64,000 nt of DNA from Pyrinomonadaceae bacterium (lineage in GTDB: Bacteria; Acidobacteriota; Blastocatellia; Pyrinomonadales; Pyrinomonadaceae), in the NCBI GenBank assembly GCA_041746475.1, contig JBGTGX010000021.1, forward strand, positions 46,251 through 110,250, read 5' to 3'. Positions 27,485 to 37,632 of the stretch are shown one piece after another. The notes beneath the pieces are model-generated. The model searched no databases and was not told the DNA's origin. It worked only from the letters and a program-made list of their open reading frames with translations. The translations under genes and the position numbers were made by a program. Positions within the stretch are counted from its first letter, which is position 1, and each line of letters opens with the position of its first letter.

Positions 27485-27952
27485 TCATTTTTCAGGATTC
27501 ATAACTTGTTTGAGCACGATTGCATCCGGTTTGCTGATCGCTTCAAGTGTCTCATTCAATTGCTTTTGAAATGATTTTTTCTTTTTCACACGAAGAATAT
27601 CCGCAAGAGAAAGGATGCCCTTTAATTTCCCTTTACGGTTTACTACCGGAAGACGCTTTACCTTGTGCTTTCTTATTTTCTTAAGAGCCGTTTTTACGGA
27701 ATCATTAGGGGCGCAGGTTACGGGTTTGCCGTTTATGACGTCGCTGATCCTTATATCACCGGCCATTTGGTTTCGTGACGTTAAAGCAATACAAACGTCT
27801 CTGTCTGTGATCATTCCGACCACTTCGTTTTCCTGTCTTATTATCGGCACTACACCGCAGTCCTTTTGCCACATTATGCCGACAGCTTTAGCTAAACTGT
27901 CCTTTGCGTGACAGCATTCTACGCCCGATGTCATTATCTTTTTCACTTTCAT
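27485..27952 (-). CDS. CBS-domain pair protein
   Basis: It is 155 aa with two CBS-like repeats (VVPII...VGMITDRD ; RLPVVNRKGKLKGILSLADI). Confidence 0.75.
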   Translation of the reverse strand: MKVKKIMTSGVECCHAKDSLAKAVGIMWQKDCGVVPIIRQENEVVGMITDRDVCIALTSRNQMAGDIRISDVINGKPVTCAPNDSVKTALKKIRKHKVKRLPVVNRKGKLKGILSLADILRVKKKKSFQKQLNETLEAISKPDAIVLKQVMNPEK

Positions 27953-28035
27953 ATGTATAGAAAACCTTAATCAACCGACTAATTCGATTTTTAGTCTTTT
28001 GCTAAATTCATTTTAATAATTACTATATCAAAAAG

Positions 28036-29589
28036 ATGAAGACACAAAGACTCGCGGCAATCGATATAGGCTCAAACTCATTAAAATTAGCGGTTATGGA
28101 AGCGGCTGCCAGCGATTCTTTTACGATAATCTCTCAGGATCGCGAGCGTGTAAGGCTTGGACAGGAAACGCTCCAAAACAAGTTTTTATCGCCTCAAGCG
28201 ATTGATTTATCAGCAGATGCGATTTCCAGATTTAAATCGATTGCGGAAATGCGGGAAGTTGATTCGCTACGCGCGGTCGCCACGGCATCCGTGAGGGAAG
28301 CAAAGAACGCCGTGCAATTTGTAAGGGAGATCGAACGGCGAACGGGCGTGTATGTCGAAGTCTTGCCGTCTCTTGAGGAAGCTCGACTCATAGGGATCGC
28401 TGCATCGCAGTATTTCGGACAAGGCGGAAGTTCGATCCTTAATATTGATATCGGGGGAGGTTCTACCGAAATTTCGCTGATGGAAAATGGCGAAGCAAAA
28501 AAACTTTTTTCGATGAAACTTGGTGCGGTTGGTTTAAGTGAAAAATACTTGTTGAGCGATCCACCGAAGAAGAAAGAACTCAGGAAATTGAAAAAGGAGG
28601 TCGCTTTTGCGCTCGAAAAACCCGTTCGCAAATTAAAAAGTGAAAAATGGAAAGTCTCGAGCGGTACGTCTGGAACGATTCTTAGTTTGGCATCGTTGAT
28701 TGGATTTCAATCGGCAAACGACAATTTGGAATGGGGTGCGGTCGAATTAAAAAGACTCGTCGGAATCAACAAAATACTCTCAAAACTCTCGATCCAAGAC
28801 CGCGCGAAAATTCCCGTGATCAGTGAAACACGCGCGGAGGTGATTCTTGCCGGGGGATTGATTTTAGAAGGTGTAATGGAAGCTTTGGGGATCGAATCTC
28901 TTGAACCTTGTTCGTATGCGCTTAGAGAGGGTGTAATAATTGATCATTTGCGCGAAATTGAAACAGAGCGCCTACCGCCCGTACCCGATGTTGACGACAT
29001 AAAACTCCGGGATGTTTTTGCGGTTGGAAGACGATTTGGCTACGAAGAAAATCACGCATTGAAAGTGGCTGATATGGCGGAGAAGATCTTCGATAAACTT
29101 GCCCCGATCTACGGGCTAAAACGCCACGAAAGAACACTGCTTTCTGCGGCGGCCCTGCTGCACGACGTTGGCTATCACATTTCACACGAAGCACATCATA
29201 AGCATTCGCTCTATCTTATAAAACATTCTGAAATGACCGGATTTTCCGAGGATGAAAAATCGATAATCGCGAATGTCGCACGATATCACCGGAAAGCATT
29301 TCCGAAACCGCATCATATTTATTACACGGATCTAACCGAAGTTGAGCAAAAAATTGTTGATAAACTCAGCTCGATCTTGCGGATCGCCGATGGGCTGGAT
29401 CGCGGATATGAGGGACGGGTAAAAGATATAGGATTCGAAAGATCGAAAAAAACGCTTAAGTTAATCCTTTTTAGTGATGAAGATTGCTCAAGCGAGATTT
29501 ACGCTATCAAGATGAAGAAGGAATTTTTTGAGATAACATATAATTGCTCGCTCGTGATAAGGCAGGCTCCAATCGCAAAAACGGCCTGA
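28036..29589 (+). CDS. ppx: Ppx/GppA-family exopolyphosphatase with C-terminal HD domain
   Basis: The N-terminus AAIDIGSNSLKLAV and DIGGGSTE are ASKHA motifs. LLHDVGYHISHEAHHKHS is the HD domain. Confidence 0.85.
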   Translation: MKTQRLAAIDIGSNSLKLAVMEAAASDSFTIISQDRERVRLGQETLQNKFLSPQAIDLSADAISRFKSIAEMREVDSLRAVATASVREAKNAVQFVREIERRTGVYVEVLPSLEEARLIGIAASQYFGQGGSSILNIDIGGGSTEISLMENGEAKKLFSMKLGAVGLSEKYLLSDPPKKKELRKLKKEVAFALEKPVRKLKSEKWKVSSGTSGTILSLASLIGFQSANDNLEWGAVELKRLVGINKILSKLSIQDRAKIPVISETRAEVILAGGLILEGVMEALGIESLEPCSYALREGVIIDHLREIETERLPPVPDVDDIKLRDVFAVGRRFGYEENHALKVADMAEKIFDKLAPIYGLKRHERTLLSAAALLHDVGYHISHEAHHKHSLYLIKHSEMTGFSEDEKSIIANVARYHRKAFPKPHHIYYTDLTEVEQKIVDKLSSILRIADGLDRGYEGRVKDIGFERSKKTLKLILFSDEDCSSEIYAIKMKKEFFEITYNCSLVIRQAPIAKTA

Positions 29590-29591
29590 AT

Positions 29592-30050
29592 TTACACATT
29601 CATATTAAGCAAGTTAACGACGGCATCCCGCCTGAAATCAAAAATAAATTTTAGCTCGCGTTTTACAAACCAATGCGCCAGATCCCCAAATGGTTCAAAT
29701 GGAAGGCGGTATTTAACGGCGTCTTCTATAAGGGTTTCACCGTTTTCGGTTTCGCTGAATCTGTGTTGATGTATCCATTGCGTGTATGGACCTTTTAACG
29801 ACTCGTCAGTAAAAGAATGCGGCGGATCCCACTCAGAGATCAATGTTCGCCATGTGATCGGGAATCCCCGAAGCGAAAGTTTATAATCGATCAATGCACC
29901 TTTTGAAATCTTGGGCGGCAACGTGGTGATCTTAAAATTTAACTCGGGAGGAGTAATCAGCTCGAGATTTTTGGCGTCGGAGAAAAACTCAAAAACCTTC
30001 GCCCGCGGAAGTTTCAGATGCTGTTTTCGATATAGAGTATGTTCGGCCAA
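29592..30050 (-). CDS. SRPBCC-superfamily protein (paralogue of 7305..7757)
   Basis: It is 152 aa: PRAKVFEFFSDAKNLELITPP...WDPPHSFTDESLKGPYTQWIHQHRF. Confidence 0.6.
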   Translation of the reverse strand: MAEHTLYRKQHLKLPRAKVFEFFSDAKNLELITPPELNFKITTLPPKISKGALIDYKLSLRGFPITWRTLISEWDPPHSFTDESLKGPYTQWIHQHRFSETENGETLIEDAVKYRLPFEPFGDLAHWFVKRELKFIFDFRRDAVVNLLNMNV

Positions 30051-30070
30051 ATGTGAGTTGAGTTCCTGCC

Positions 30071-30988
30071 TTATTGCGTTCCGGCGATTTGTTTTTTCAA
30101 TTGAACAATAAAAGATTCTACAACGCTTCGCTCATCGCTTACCGGAAGATCTCTTAGAAATCTTTGGTACACAGCAATCGCTTTTTTCTTTTCCTCCATC
30201 TTTTCGTAAACCGCCCCGAGCAGCATATACAAAACCGGTTCGGTCGCCGAAAGTTGGTCTATTGCCTTTTCAAACGATTTTGCCGCTTCACCGTAATAGT
30301 ATTTTTCATCATTAAAATCGTTTGCGGCCGATGCACCCTCCGCTTCGTTTTGAAAGATCAAACCCAAACCAGTATGGGCTTCAGGTTGGAAACCTTTACC
30401 TTCGCGCACGGCTCTATCGAAGGATTCAATTGCCTTATCGATCTCATTGTCTGACCGATAAATTCTCCCTTCGACCGCAGAAGCTTCCGGATAGATCGGA
30501 CGGATCTTTCTCGCACTTGCGATGGCAGAATGCGCTGCGTCATTGTCATATTCTGTCAGCGCCCGTGCTAACCCGACATAGGCCTCAGCATAATTTGGTT
30601 GCAAACTTACCGCCTTCTTATAGAGTTCGATCGCTTTTGACTTGTCATCATCGACGAGCTTTTCAGCTTCCTGAAAGGCCAATTCCGCTTGATTAGAAGT
30701 TTTGACCAAATCGATCTTAATAGCGCCCCGCTGAGCGGCAGTCAGCTTTTTCTCGACTTGCTTAAAACCGAAAGCCCGAACCTGAAGCGACCGTATCCCT
30801 GCGCCGACCGGTTTTATTTCAAGTTTCCCGGAAGAATCGGTAACCCCTCGCTTCACTCCGTCGATCCAGACAGTCGCGTTTGGTTCCGTTTGGAGATTTA
30901 CGCCTTGAACACGTTTCTGCGGAAAAGCTGCTACGGTAAAAGCGATAAGAAACGCGCAAACAATAAATATGTAAAATTTCATTTTCAT
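30071..30988 (-). CDS. Secreted PEGA/CarboxypepD_reg-like + TPR repeat protein
   Basis: It has a signal peptide from the ATG at 30988 (MKMKFYIFIVCAFLIAF...). NATVWIDGVKRGVTDSSGKLEI is PEGA-like. Several TPR motifs follow. Confidence 0.55.
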   Translation of the reverse strand: MKMKFYIFIVCAFLIAFTVAAFPQKRVQGVNLQTEPNATVWIDGVKRGVTDSSGKLEIKPVGAGIRSLQVRAFGFKQVEKKLTAAQRGAIKIDLVKTSNQAELAFQEAEKLVDDDKSKAIELYKKAVSLQPNYAEAYVGLARALTEYDNDAAHSAIASARKIRPIYPEASAVEGRIYRSDNEIDKAIESFDRAVREGKGFQPEAHTGLGLIFQNEAEGASAANDFNDEKYYYGEAAKSFEKAIDQLSATEPVLYMLLGAVYEKMEEKKKAIAVYQRFLRDLPVSDERSVVESFIVQLKKQIAGTQ

Positions 30989-31058
30989 ATTCGTATCTCC
31001 GACAAAATGAGATTGGAGAAACCACAAAAAAAGTTGCAAACAAATTTAAACGCGAAAA

Positions 31059-32279
31059 TTAGCCGATTCTCGAAACTATATCCGAAAGATGTATATCATC
31101 GTCAGTATCACCTTTTACAAAAAGCATCTTGATAAACGGCGGCGCGATGAGGGTTGTCGCTATCGCCATAAACAGCACCGCCCCAAACAATTTTCCATTG
31201 ATCGCGGCTAAGCCTAAACCGATTTGCGCGACGACGATCCCGACTTCTCCCCGCGGAACCATTCCCATTCCGACCTGTGCAGATTTCCTCCAGCCTTCGC
31301 CATAAGCTCCTATTCCACAACCAATTAGCTTCGTAAATATTGCTACTACCGTTATTAAGACCGCAAATAAAACGAGAGACGTGTCTCTGAAAATTTCCAA
31401 GTTTAGCTGCATTCCTATATTTACCAGGAAAAAAGGAACGAGAAATTCCGTAACGCCATTTGTTAGCCGGCGCATTTTTACGTTTCCCTCGGTTGCCTCC
31501 GAGAGCGCCATCCCGGCAAGAAAAGCGCCGATTATCGCCGCTACCTGCATATACATTGCAGCTATTGACAGACCGAGACACATTATTAAACCGAAGTTAA
31601 AAAAAGGCTTGCTCATGTGGAGCTGCTCGATTTTTGGTGCAAGTCTTGTCATCAAGACCGCGCCAAGCACTGCTACACCTACCGTAAATAGAATTGCCGA
31701 ACCCGTCGTACCCGCAAGCTTAAAATAGCTGATATTACCTTTGCTTACGCCCGATACGACAGAGAGTATCAATAACCCAAGAATGTCGTCGATAACCGCG
31801 GCGCCTAGTATTATACGGGCGGCATCGCTATCCAATAGCCCAAGCGAACCAAGCACGCGGGCCGTTATTCCGACCGACGTAGCAACGAGCGCAGCCCCTA
31901 TAAACATCGATTCAACCGTCGTGCTGCCCCACCAACTGGCGAGAAAATATCCGCCGATGAAAGGAAATATGATCCCTAAAATTCCGACCAGCAATGCCTT
32001 CCGGCCAACGTTAAGAATTGTTTTCGGCTTTGTTTCCAGCCCAACGTGGAAAAGGAGAAAAATTATCCCAATTTCAGCCAGAATGCTGATTACTTCCGTC
32101 GGTTTGACCCACCCTAAAACGTAAGGACCAATAATCACCCCTGCGAGAATTTCTCCCACTACCGCCGGCTGATTTAACCGCTCAAAGAGCTCTGCCATTA
32201 ATTTGGCGGAGACCAATATGATGAAAAGTGCCAACAAAATGCCGGCGTTTTCGATGTTTGCGGCTAAAACAAGGGGCAT
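31059..32279 (-). CDS. Cation:proton antiporter (CPA2/Kef-type membrane domain)
   Basis: It is a polytopic 406-aa protein with LFERLNQPAVVGEILAGVIIGPYVLG, typical of Na+/H+-exchanger family N-termini. Confidence 0.8.
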   Translation of the reverse strand: MPLVLAANIENAGILLALFIILVSAKLMAELFERLNQPAVVGEILAGVIIGPYVLGWVKPTEVISILAEIGIIFLLFHVGLETKPKTILNVGRKALLVGILGIIFPFIGGYFLASWWGSTTVESMFIGAALVATSVGITARVLGSLGLLDSDAARIILGAAVIDDILGLLILSVVSGVSKGNISYFKLAGTTGSAILFTVGVAVLGAVLMTRLAPKIEQLHMSKPFFNFGLIMCLGLSIAAMYMQVAAIIGAFLAGMALSEATEGNVKMRRLTNGVTEFLVPFFLVNIGMQLNLEIFRDTSLVLFAVLITVVAIFTKLIGCGIGAYGEGWRKSAQVGMGMVPRGEVGIVVAQIGLGLAAINGKLFGAVLFMAIATTLIAPPFIKMLFVKGDTDDDIHLSDIVSRIG

Positions 32280-32557
32280 CTCTTTGCTTACTCTTTAATA
32301 ATGTTTTTTAGATTTTACCGCAAAAAGAAGATTGTTGAAAATTTTTTCAATAATCTTCAACGGAATTAAGTTTTAGTTGGTGTTACAGAAGTTTATTTTC
32401 AACTATAAATGGCTCTATTTCGTGGTTAAATTTACGGGGTTGCCCGTCGTTGAGAAGTGACGGACGCCTTCCTACATTTGAGATTTCATTTTCGACGCAA
32501 CCGACGTAGGCCGCTCCCGGCATGTTCTTGGATGTGAGAATCATTATTGACGAAGAA

Positions 32558-33139
32558 TTATGAAGGAACGGAAGAGAATTCTTGTGAAGAAAGTTTTTTG
32601 AATTCCGCTTTTGTAATCCCGAATTGAACCAGTTCCTGTTCGTAAAAAGTATCGATTTTCATATACTTCATTCCGATCTTTTTCATTACATTTTGCGAAG
32701 CTTCGTTTTCTGGAAACGCGACCGCGACGATTTTTTCCAGCGATAATTCTTCAAATCCATATTGAAGACATCGTGCGGCTGCTTCCGTTGCATAGCCTTT
32801 GCCCCAATAATCAGAAGCAATCGCATAGCCTACTTCGATTTCGTTAGTTTCCTTGAGCCTCCATAAACCGCACCAACCGACAAAATTTCCCGTGAATTTT
32901 TCAACCACTCCGCAGAAGCCGAGTTTTTGATCGTCCCATTGTTCAGTCATCATTACTATCCATTTTACGGATGAATCAATATCAGTTTGAGGCTCGCGAA
33001 TATAGCGCATAACGAGCGGATCCTTTCTCATTTCATAGATATCTTTGAGATCGCTTTTTTCGAGTTTTCGTAAAATAAGTCGTTCGGTTCCAAACATTGG
33101 CTGCGGCGTAAAATATTTCGGAAGAAAAATAGACTCCAA
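32558..33139 (-). CDS. GNAT-family N-acetyltransferase (RimJ/RimL-like)
   Basis: TERLILRKLEKSDLKDIYEM... and WGKGYATEAA match the acetyl-CoA binding pattern. Confidence 0.75.
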   Translation of the reverse strand: MESIFLPKYFTPQPMFGTERLILRKLEKSDLKDIYEMRKDPLVMRYIREPQTDIDSSVKWIVMMTEQWDDQKLGFCGVVEKFTGNFVGWCGLWRLKETNEIEVGYAIASDYWGKGYATEAAARCLQYGFEELSLEKIVAVAFPENEASQNVMKKIGMKYMKIDTFYEQELVQFGITKAEFKKLSSQEFSSVPS

Positions 33140-33181
33140 TTCGTCTTAATTAATAACAAATTTTTACCGAGGATCAAACCA

Positions 33182-33829
33182 ATGAAAGAAACAAACGAAA
33201 CCCGCAGAGAATTTCTGAGCCGCACTGCCGCTGTGGCGTTTGCAATTCCGCTTTCTCTGAGCTGCAGAAGTCACTCGATTGCGCAGGTAAATGACAGTCA
33301 CATTGTAGACGCAATCAGGAAAAAGGCGATAAATGACCCCAATTCAAACTGGACCGGTGCGATCGACGCCCCTGAGAATGTAACCTGGAAAACCGCATTG
33401 GCTGGAAAAAACGAACCCGGTGAACGAATAAAAATATCCGGAACTGTGTATGAGGCGGATCGCAGGACACCTGCAGCGAACGTTTTGATATATCTTTATC
33501 ACACCGACATCGAAGGAATTTATGGTAGGGAAGGAGAGCCCAATCACGGGCGGTTTCGGGGCTGGCTTCTTACTGACGAGCGCGGACGGTACGAATTCTC
33601 TTCCCTAAAACCCGGTTCTTATCCAAACGGGCGAAATCCCGCCCACATTCACATGACTTTAACGACAATAGACCGCCGCGAAGACTGGATTGATTCGATA
33701 TTATTTGCAGGCGACAATTTCATAACCGCCGACATGAGAGCGGTCAAACGAGGAGGATTTAACCCAATTCTGAAGCTGAGAAAGAATATGAACGATGTGT
33801 TGACCGGGGTTAGAAATATTCAACTTTAA
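33182..33829 (+). CDS. Tat-exported intradiol-dioxygenase-like protein
   Basis: The twin-arginine-like leader is TRREFLSRTAAVAFA. GRYEFSSLKPGSYPNGRNPAHIHMTL is typical of the intradiol ring-cleavage dioxygenase core. Confidence 0.65.
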   Translation: MKETNETRREFLSRTAAVAFAIPLSLSCRSHSIAQVNDSHIVDAIRKKAINDPNSNWTGAIDAPENVTWKTALAGKNEPGERIKISGTVYEADRRTPAANVLIYLYHTDIEGIYGREGEPNHGRFRGWLLTDERGRYEFSSLKPGSYPNGRNPAHIHMTLTTIDRREDWIDSILFAGDNFITADMRAVKRGGFNPILKLRKNMNDVLTGVRNIQL

Positions 33830-33853
33830 AGAATTTGATGTTACTTTTGGGAT

Positions 33854-34432
33854 ATGGATCAATTCGCCTTGATGACCGAAAAGATGAGCGAACATGACTT
33901 GATCGAAGCCTGCCGGGACGGCGATCGTGAAGCGTTTGGTGTGATTTTTTCACGTCATCAGAAACGCGTTTTCTCAGTTGCAATTGGTTTCTTTGGCGGA
34001 AACCGGCAAACAGCTGAGGATGTTACCCAACAGGTGTTTCTGAAATTATATACGAGCATCACGAATTTTCGCGGCGATGCAAAACTCGAAACATGGCTTT
34101 ACCGAATCACAATAAACACTTGTCTGGATGAACAGAGAAAGAAGAAGAGGATGGCGTACATTCCAGATTTTCTCGGGCTCGGTTCGGCGGATGCGAATAA
34201 AACGCATGAAGAAAAGTTGATTATGCGGGAAACCTCCGATGAGGTGCGGCGGGCACTTATAGAAATAAAACCAAAATTTCGGTTACCCATTGTACTGAAA
34301 TATTCGGAAGGCCTTTCGTATCAGGAAATGGCGGAGGTTTTAGGATGTTCGGAAGGAACGATTGCTTCGCGGCTCAATCGGGGGCATAAAATGCTCGCGA
34401 AAAAGCTTGAGTCCTTGAAAATCGATTTTTAA
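33854..34432 (+). CDS. ECF-type RNA polymerase sigma-70 factor
   Basis: Region 2 (AEDVTQQVFLKLY...WLYRITINTCLD) and region 4 (LSYQEMAEVLGCSEGTIASRLNRGHKML) are present. Confidence 0.85.
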   Translation: MDQFALMTEKMSEHDLIEACRDGDREAFGVIFSRHQKRVFSVAIGFFGGNRQTAEDVTQQVFLKLYTSITNFRGDAKLETWLYRITINTCLDEQRKKKRMAYIPDFLGLGSADANKTHEEKLIMRETSDEVRRALIEIKPKFRLPIVLKYSEGLSYQEMAEVLGCSEGTIASRLNRGHKMLAKKLESLKIDF

Positions 34433-34472
34433 CTCCGAGCATATAAGGTTGGTTTATCAACATTGAAAACAA

Positions 34473-35606
34473 ATGGAAGAAATGCATTACAAAGAAAAAA
34501 TATCTGCATTTTTGAATCGGGAATTATCAGCCGATGAGCATCGCGTGGTCGGCGAACACGTCCTCTATTGTTCAAAATGCAGAAGTGAGCACGACGAGAT
34601 AAAATTAGGCGCTGATTTTGCGCAAAATCTAAAGCAAGCCAGCGCTCCGGACAAAGTATGGAAAGATATTGTTGCCGTTCTCGATAAAAATTACATCCTT
34701 AAAGCGAGACCGAACACAAATCTTTTTCAATGGAAAAAACTTTCGCTGGGCTTTGTTTCGATCGTAACCGTTCTTTCCGTTACACTTGGGATCTATCTAT
34801 TAGTCTATGATTCTGCTCAGTCCGTGCGCACTTCTAAAGAGCAAACCGTACCAGTCGCCCACAAACGCGAGGCTGCATGGAAAGTTGAAAATATAACCGG
34901 CAAATCGAAGATTACAAACGCTTCCGAAAACGAGTCTTTGAAGATTGGTTCGAGTTTGGAAACCGACAAAAACTCGCGTGCCAAGATTGACGTTGCGGAT
35001 ATTGGTCAGGTTGAAGTCGCTCCAAACTCTCTTGTTAAACTGGTCAATTCAACAAAATCCGAGCATCGATTATCACTCGAGCGAGGCAAACTCAGCGCAC
35101 TGATTTTCGCACCGCCGCGCCTCTTTGTGGTCGATACGCCGTCGGCCGCGGCAGTTGATCTTGGCTGTGCATATGACCTCGATGTCGACGAGGAAGGAAA
35201 CAGCAAATTGCATGTGAAGAGCGGATACGTTTCGCTTGAAAGAGAAGGACTTGAATCGATCGTGCCGGCGGGAGCGATTTGTTATACAAAAAGGGGTCAT
35301 GGGCTTGGAACACCGTTTTCAGAAACTGCCTCACATGCTTTCCAAAATGAGCTCCGGAAGTTTGACTTCCATGACGGCGGAAGGGAATCCTTGATAAAGA
35401 TTTTGAATTTGGCAAAACCCCGCGACACGCTGACACTATGGCATCTGATTTCAAGAGTTTCTAAAGAGAGCCGTGCGGGAATTCTTAAGAAAGTGCTGTC
35501 CTTTTCAAAACTGCCCGATGGAGTAACGCGCGAGGGAATTCTCCGTCTGGATAAAAACATGCTTGAAAAATTGAGATTCGAATTGGAAAATCTCTGGTAT
35601 GAATAA
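34473..35606 (+). CDS. Anti-sigma factor (zf-HC2 N-terminus, one TM helix, FecR-like periplasmic domain)
   Basis: It has an H...C..C zinc motif (EHVLYCSKCRSEH) and a central TM. It lies immediately downstream of the ECF sigma gene. Confidence 0.7.
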   Translation: MEEMHYKEKISAFLNRELSADEHRVVGEHVLYCSKCRSEHDEIKLGADFAQNLKQASAPDKVWKDIVAVLDKNYILKARPNTNLFQWKKLSLGFVSIVTVLSVTLGIYLLVYDSAQSVRTSKEQTVPVAHKREAAWKVENITGKSKITNASENESLKIGSSLETDKNSRAKIDVADIGQVEVAPNSLVKLVNSTKSEHRLSLERGKLSALIFAPPRLFVVDTPSAAAVDLGCAYDLDVDEEGNSKLHVKSGYVSLEREGLESIVPAGAICYTKRGHGLGTPFSETASHAFQNELRKFDFHDGGRESLIKILNLAKPRDTLTLWHLISRVSKESRAGILKKVLSFSKLPDGVTREGILRLDKNMLEKLRFELENLWYE

Positions 35607-35615
35607 TTCCGGGTA

Positions 35616-36842
35616 TTAGATCATGTAAACGAGCAAACCGTCTTTCAGCTTCGGCTCAAACCAGGTCGATTTCGGCGGCATGATTTCGCCCATATCCGAA
35701 ACGGCAAAAAGATCGTCCATCGTGGTCGGAAATAACGAAAATGCTACTTTGGCGAGGTCTTCATCTATAATCCTTTCGAGCTCGTCTGTGCCTCGGGCGC
35801 CGCCGACAAATCCGATTCGGGCATCCGTCCTCGCATCGCCGATTCCCAACACAGGCGAAAGCAAATACTCCTGGAGCATACTCACATCGAGTCGTTTGAT
35901 CGGATTTTCGGTTTCGATCAGTTCAGGGAAAATTTCGAGCCGGTGCCATTTTCCATTCATATACATACAAAATTCGCCATGATGCTCGGGCTCTTTTCTT
36001 GTCGCATCCTCGACCGTAAAGCTTTTCCCAAGCTCCGCTAAAAATTCGTCTTCCGTCAATCCGTTGAGATCTTTTACAACACGATTGTAAGCCAGGATCT
36101 TAAGATCTTCGGCCGGATACATTCCCGCAACGACATAATTGTAATCTTCATCGCCCGTATGATCAGGATTTTTTTTGCTGCGCACTTTTTTCGTCAAGCT
36201 CGAACTCTCAGCGCGGTGATGTCCATCGGCGATGTAAAGCGCGGGCACTTCGCCGAAGGCTTCGATCCATTCATTGCTTTCTGCGATCTTCCAAACCGTC
36301 TGTTTTACGCCGTCATCGCAGACAAAGCTATATAGAGGTTTTTCCTTTATCGCAGTCTGAAAAAGATCGCGAAGCCGATCCGTATTTCGGAATGCCAGGA
36401 ATATCAGCCCCGTTTGTGCATCGAGAGCAAGCATATGCTGGGTCCGGTCCTGCACTTTGTCCGGGCGTGTTTTCTCGTGTTTTTTAATAACCTCTGATTC
36501 ATATTCATCGATCGAACAACATGCGACGAGTCCCGTTTGCGAATGACCGCCGATCGAAAGTTGGTAAATGTAGACACATTCTTCATCTTCGCGAAAAAAT
36601 TGCTTGTCGTTTATAAATGTCTCTAGATTTTGTTTCGCTCGCGCAAAAATTTCAGCAGGCGGTATATTTGCGTCATCATCAAACTCAGCTTCTGCGCGTG
36701 TAACTCTAAGGAAACTATGCGGATTGCCGTCTAAGAATTCCCGCACCTCCGATGTATAAACCACATCGTAAGGAACACACGAAGCTTGTTTTGCGTTTTC
36801 AGGATTCGGGCGAAGCGCTCGAAAAGGTCTAATAGTTGCCAC
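35616..36842 (-). CDS. DUF1015-family protein
   Basis: MATIRPFRALRPNPENAKQASCVPYDVV... and LYIADGHHR are hallmarks of DUF1015. Confidence 0.8.
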   Translation of the reverse strand: MATIRPFRALRPNPENAKQASCVPYDVVYTSEVREFLDGNPHSFLRVTRAEAEFDDDANIPPAEIFARAKQNLETFINDKQFFREDEECVYIYQLSIGGHSQTGLVACCSIDEYESEVIKKHEKTRPDKVQDRTQHMLALDAQTGLIFLAFRNTDRLRDLFQTAIKEKPLYSFVCDDGVKQTVWKIAESNEWIEAFGEVPALYIADGHHRAESSSLTKKVRSKKNPDHTGDEDYNYVVAGMYPAEDLKILAYNRVVKDLNGLTEDEFLAELGKSFTVEDATRKEPEHHGEFCMYMNGKWHRLEIFPELIETENPIKRLDVSMLQEYLLSPVLGIGDARTDARIGFVGGARGTDELERIIDEDLAKVAFSLFPTTMDDLFAVSDMGEIMPPKSTWFEPKLKDGLLVYMI

Positions 36843-36945
36843 AATAAATCAATTCTCCGATAAGACGTATTCAATACTAAACTGAAATGTGCTGCCGGGA
36901 ATCAATGTTCGGGCAGCACACATACGCATTCCAAAAAAGTCTAAA

Positions 36946-37566
36946 CTACGGCTTCGCTGCCTTTGCAGGATCGCCCGCATCATTTGGCGTAGGTTCCGGT
37001 GATGCGCTCGCATCCGGCGCGGGATCGTTTGCCGGATCAGCGTTTGCATTTTCCGCGTTTGAATTTGTATTCGAATTGCCGAGATTTTCTTCAGCGTCCC
37101 GGCGTTCTTGCTCTATTTGTTCATCGAGTTTTTTCTCGGCCTCATCATTCTGATTGATGATCCCATCGCTAAAACCCTTCTTATCGATCTTCCACATCCC
37201 GGCTTCTCTTACAAGATGAACAATGTCCCAGCCGTCAAAACTATTTTGAACTTCAACCGTAGCCTTATCGCCCTCGATCTTTTCATCTCGATAATCAAAG
37301 ACACGCTGGCTTTCAGGAAAAAGGGTTTCACGCAGAATTATTTCATCCATCGATACATTTTGAGCCTTCGCCTGCTCCTGATGGATTTTCAAGGATGCCT
37401 CCGAAAGAAGCATTTTCATCATCGCAACGTCCTTTTTCTTGACCGCAATCGTGTAGGCCTTTAAGGTCTCAACCGGAGTCGCCGGTTCGGATTTTCCTGC
37501 GCACGAAAGCGCAAACGCCGCTACGAGAAGAAATAATATTAAGCTAAACAAACGATTCATTGCCAT
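36946..37566 (-). CDS. Lipoprotein (NTF2/DUF4878-like) with N/A/D/P-rich C-terminal tail
   Basis: It has a lipobox (FALSCAG) after MAMNRLFSLILFLLVAA. The tail is NSNTNSNAENANADPANDPAPDASASPEPTPNDAGDPAKAAKP. Confidence 0.55.
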   Translation of the reverse strand: MAMNRLFSLILFLLVAAFALSCAGKSEPATPVETLKAYTIAVKKKDVAMMKMLLSEASLKIHQEQAKAQNVSMDEIILRETLFPESQRVFDYRDEKIEGDKATVEVQNSFDGWDIVHLVREAGMWKIDKKGFSDGIINQNDEAEKKLDEQIEQERRDAEENLGNSNTNSNAENANADPANDPAPDASASPEPTPNDAGDPAKAAKP

Positions 37567-37632
37567 TAAACAAACTTTCGAAAAATAGATATACTTATCG
37601 CAAAGTATAACCAAAATCAAGGAGTAAGACGA

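Noticed and set aside
32386-32544. A 52-codon minus-strand ORF (MILTSKNMPGAAYVGCVENEISNVGRRPSLLNDGQPRKFNHEIEPFIVENKLL) in the 278-bp gap between the GNAT and antiporter genes.
   Set aside because: It has no SD and no recognisable family, and it is below the size where composition alone is convincing. I left it unannotated.
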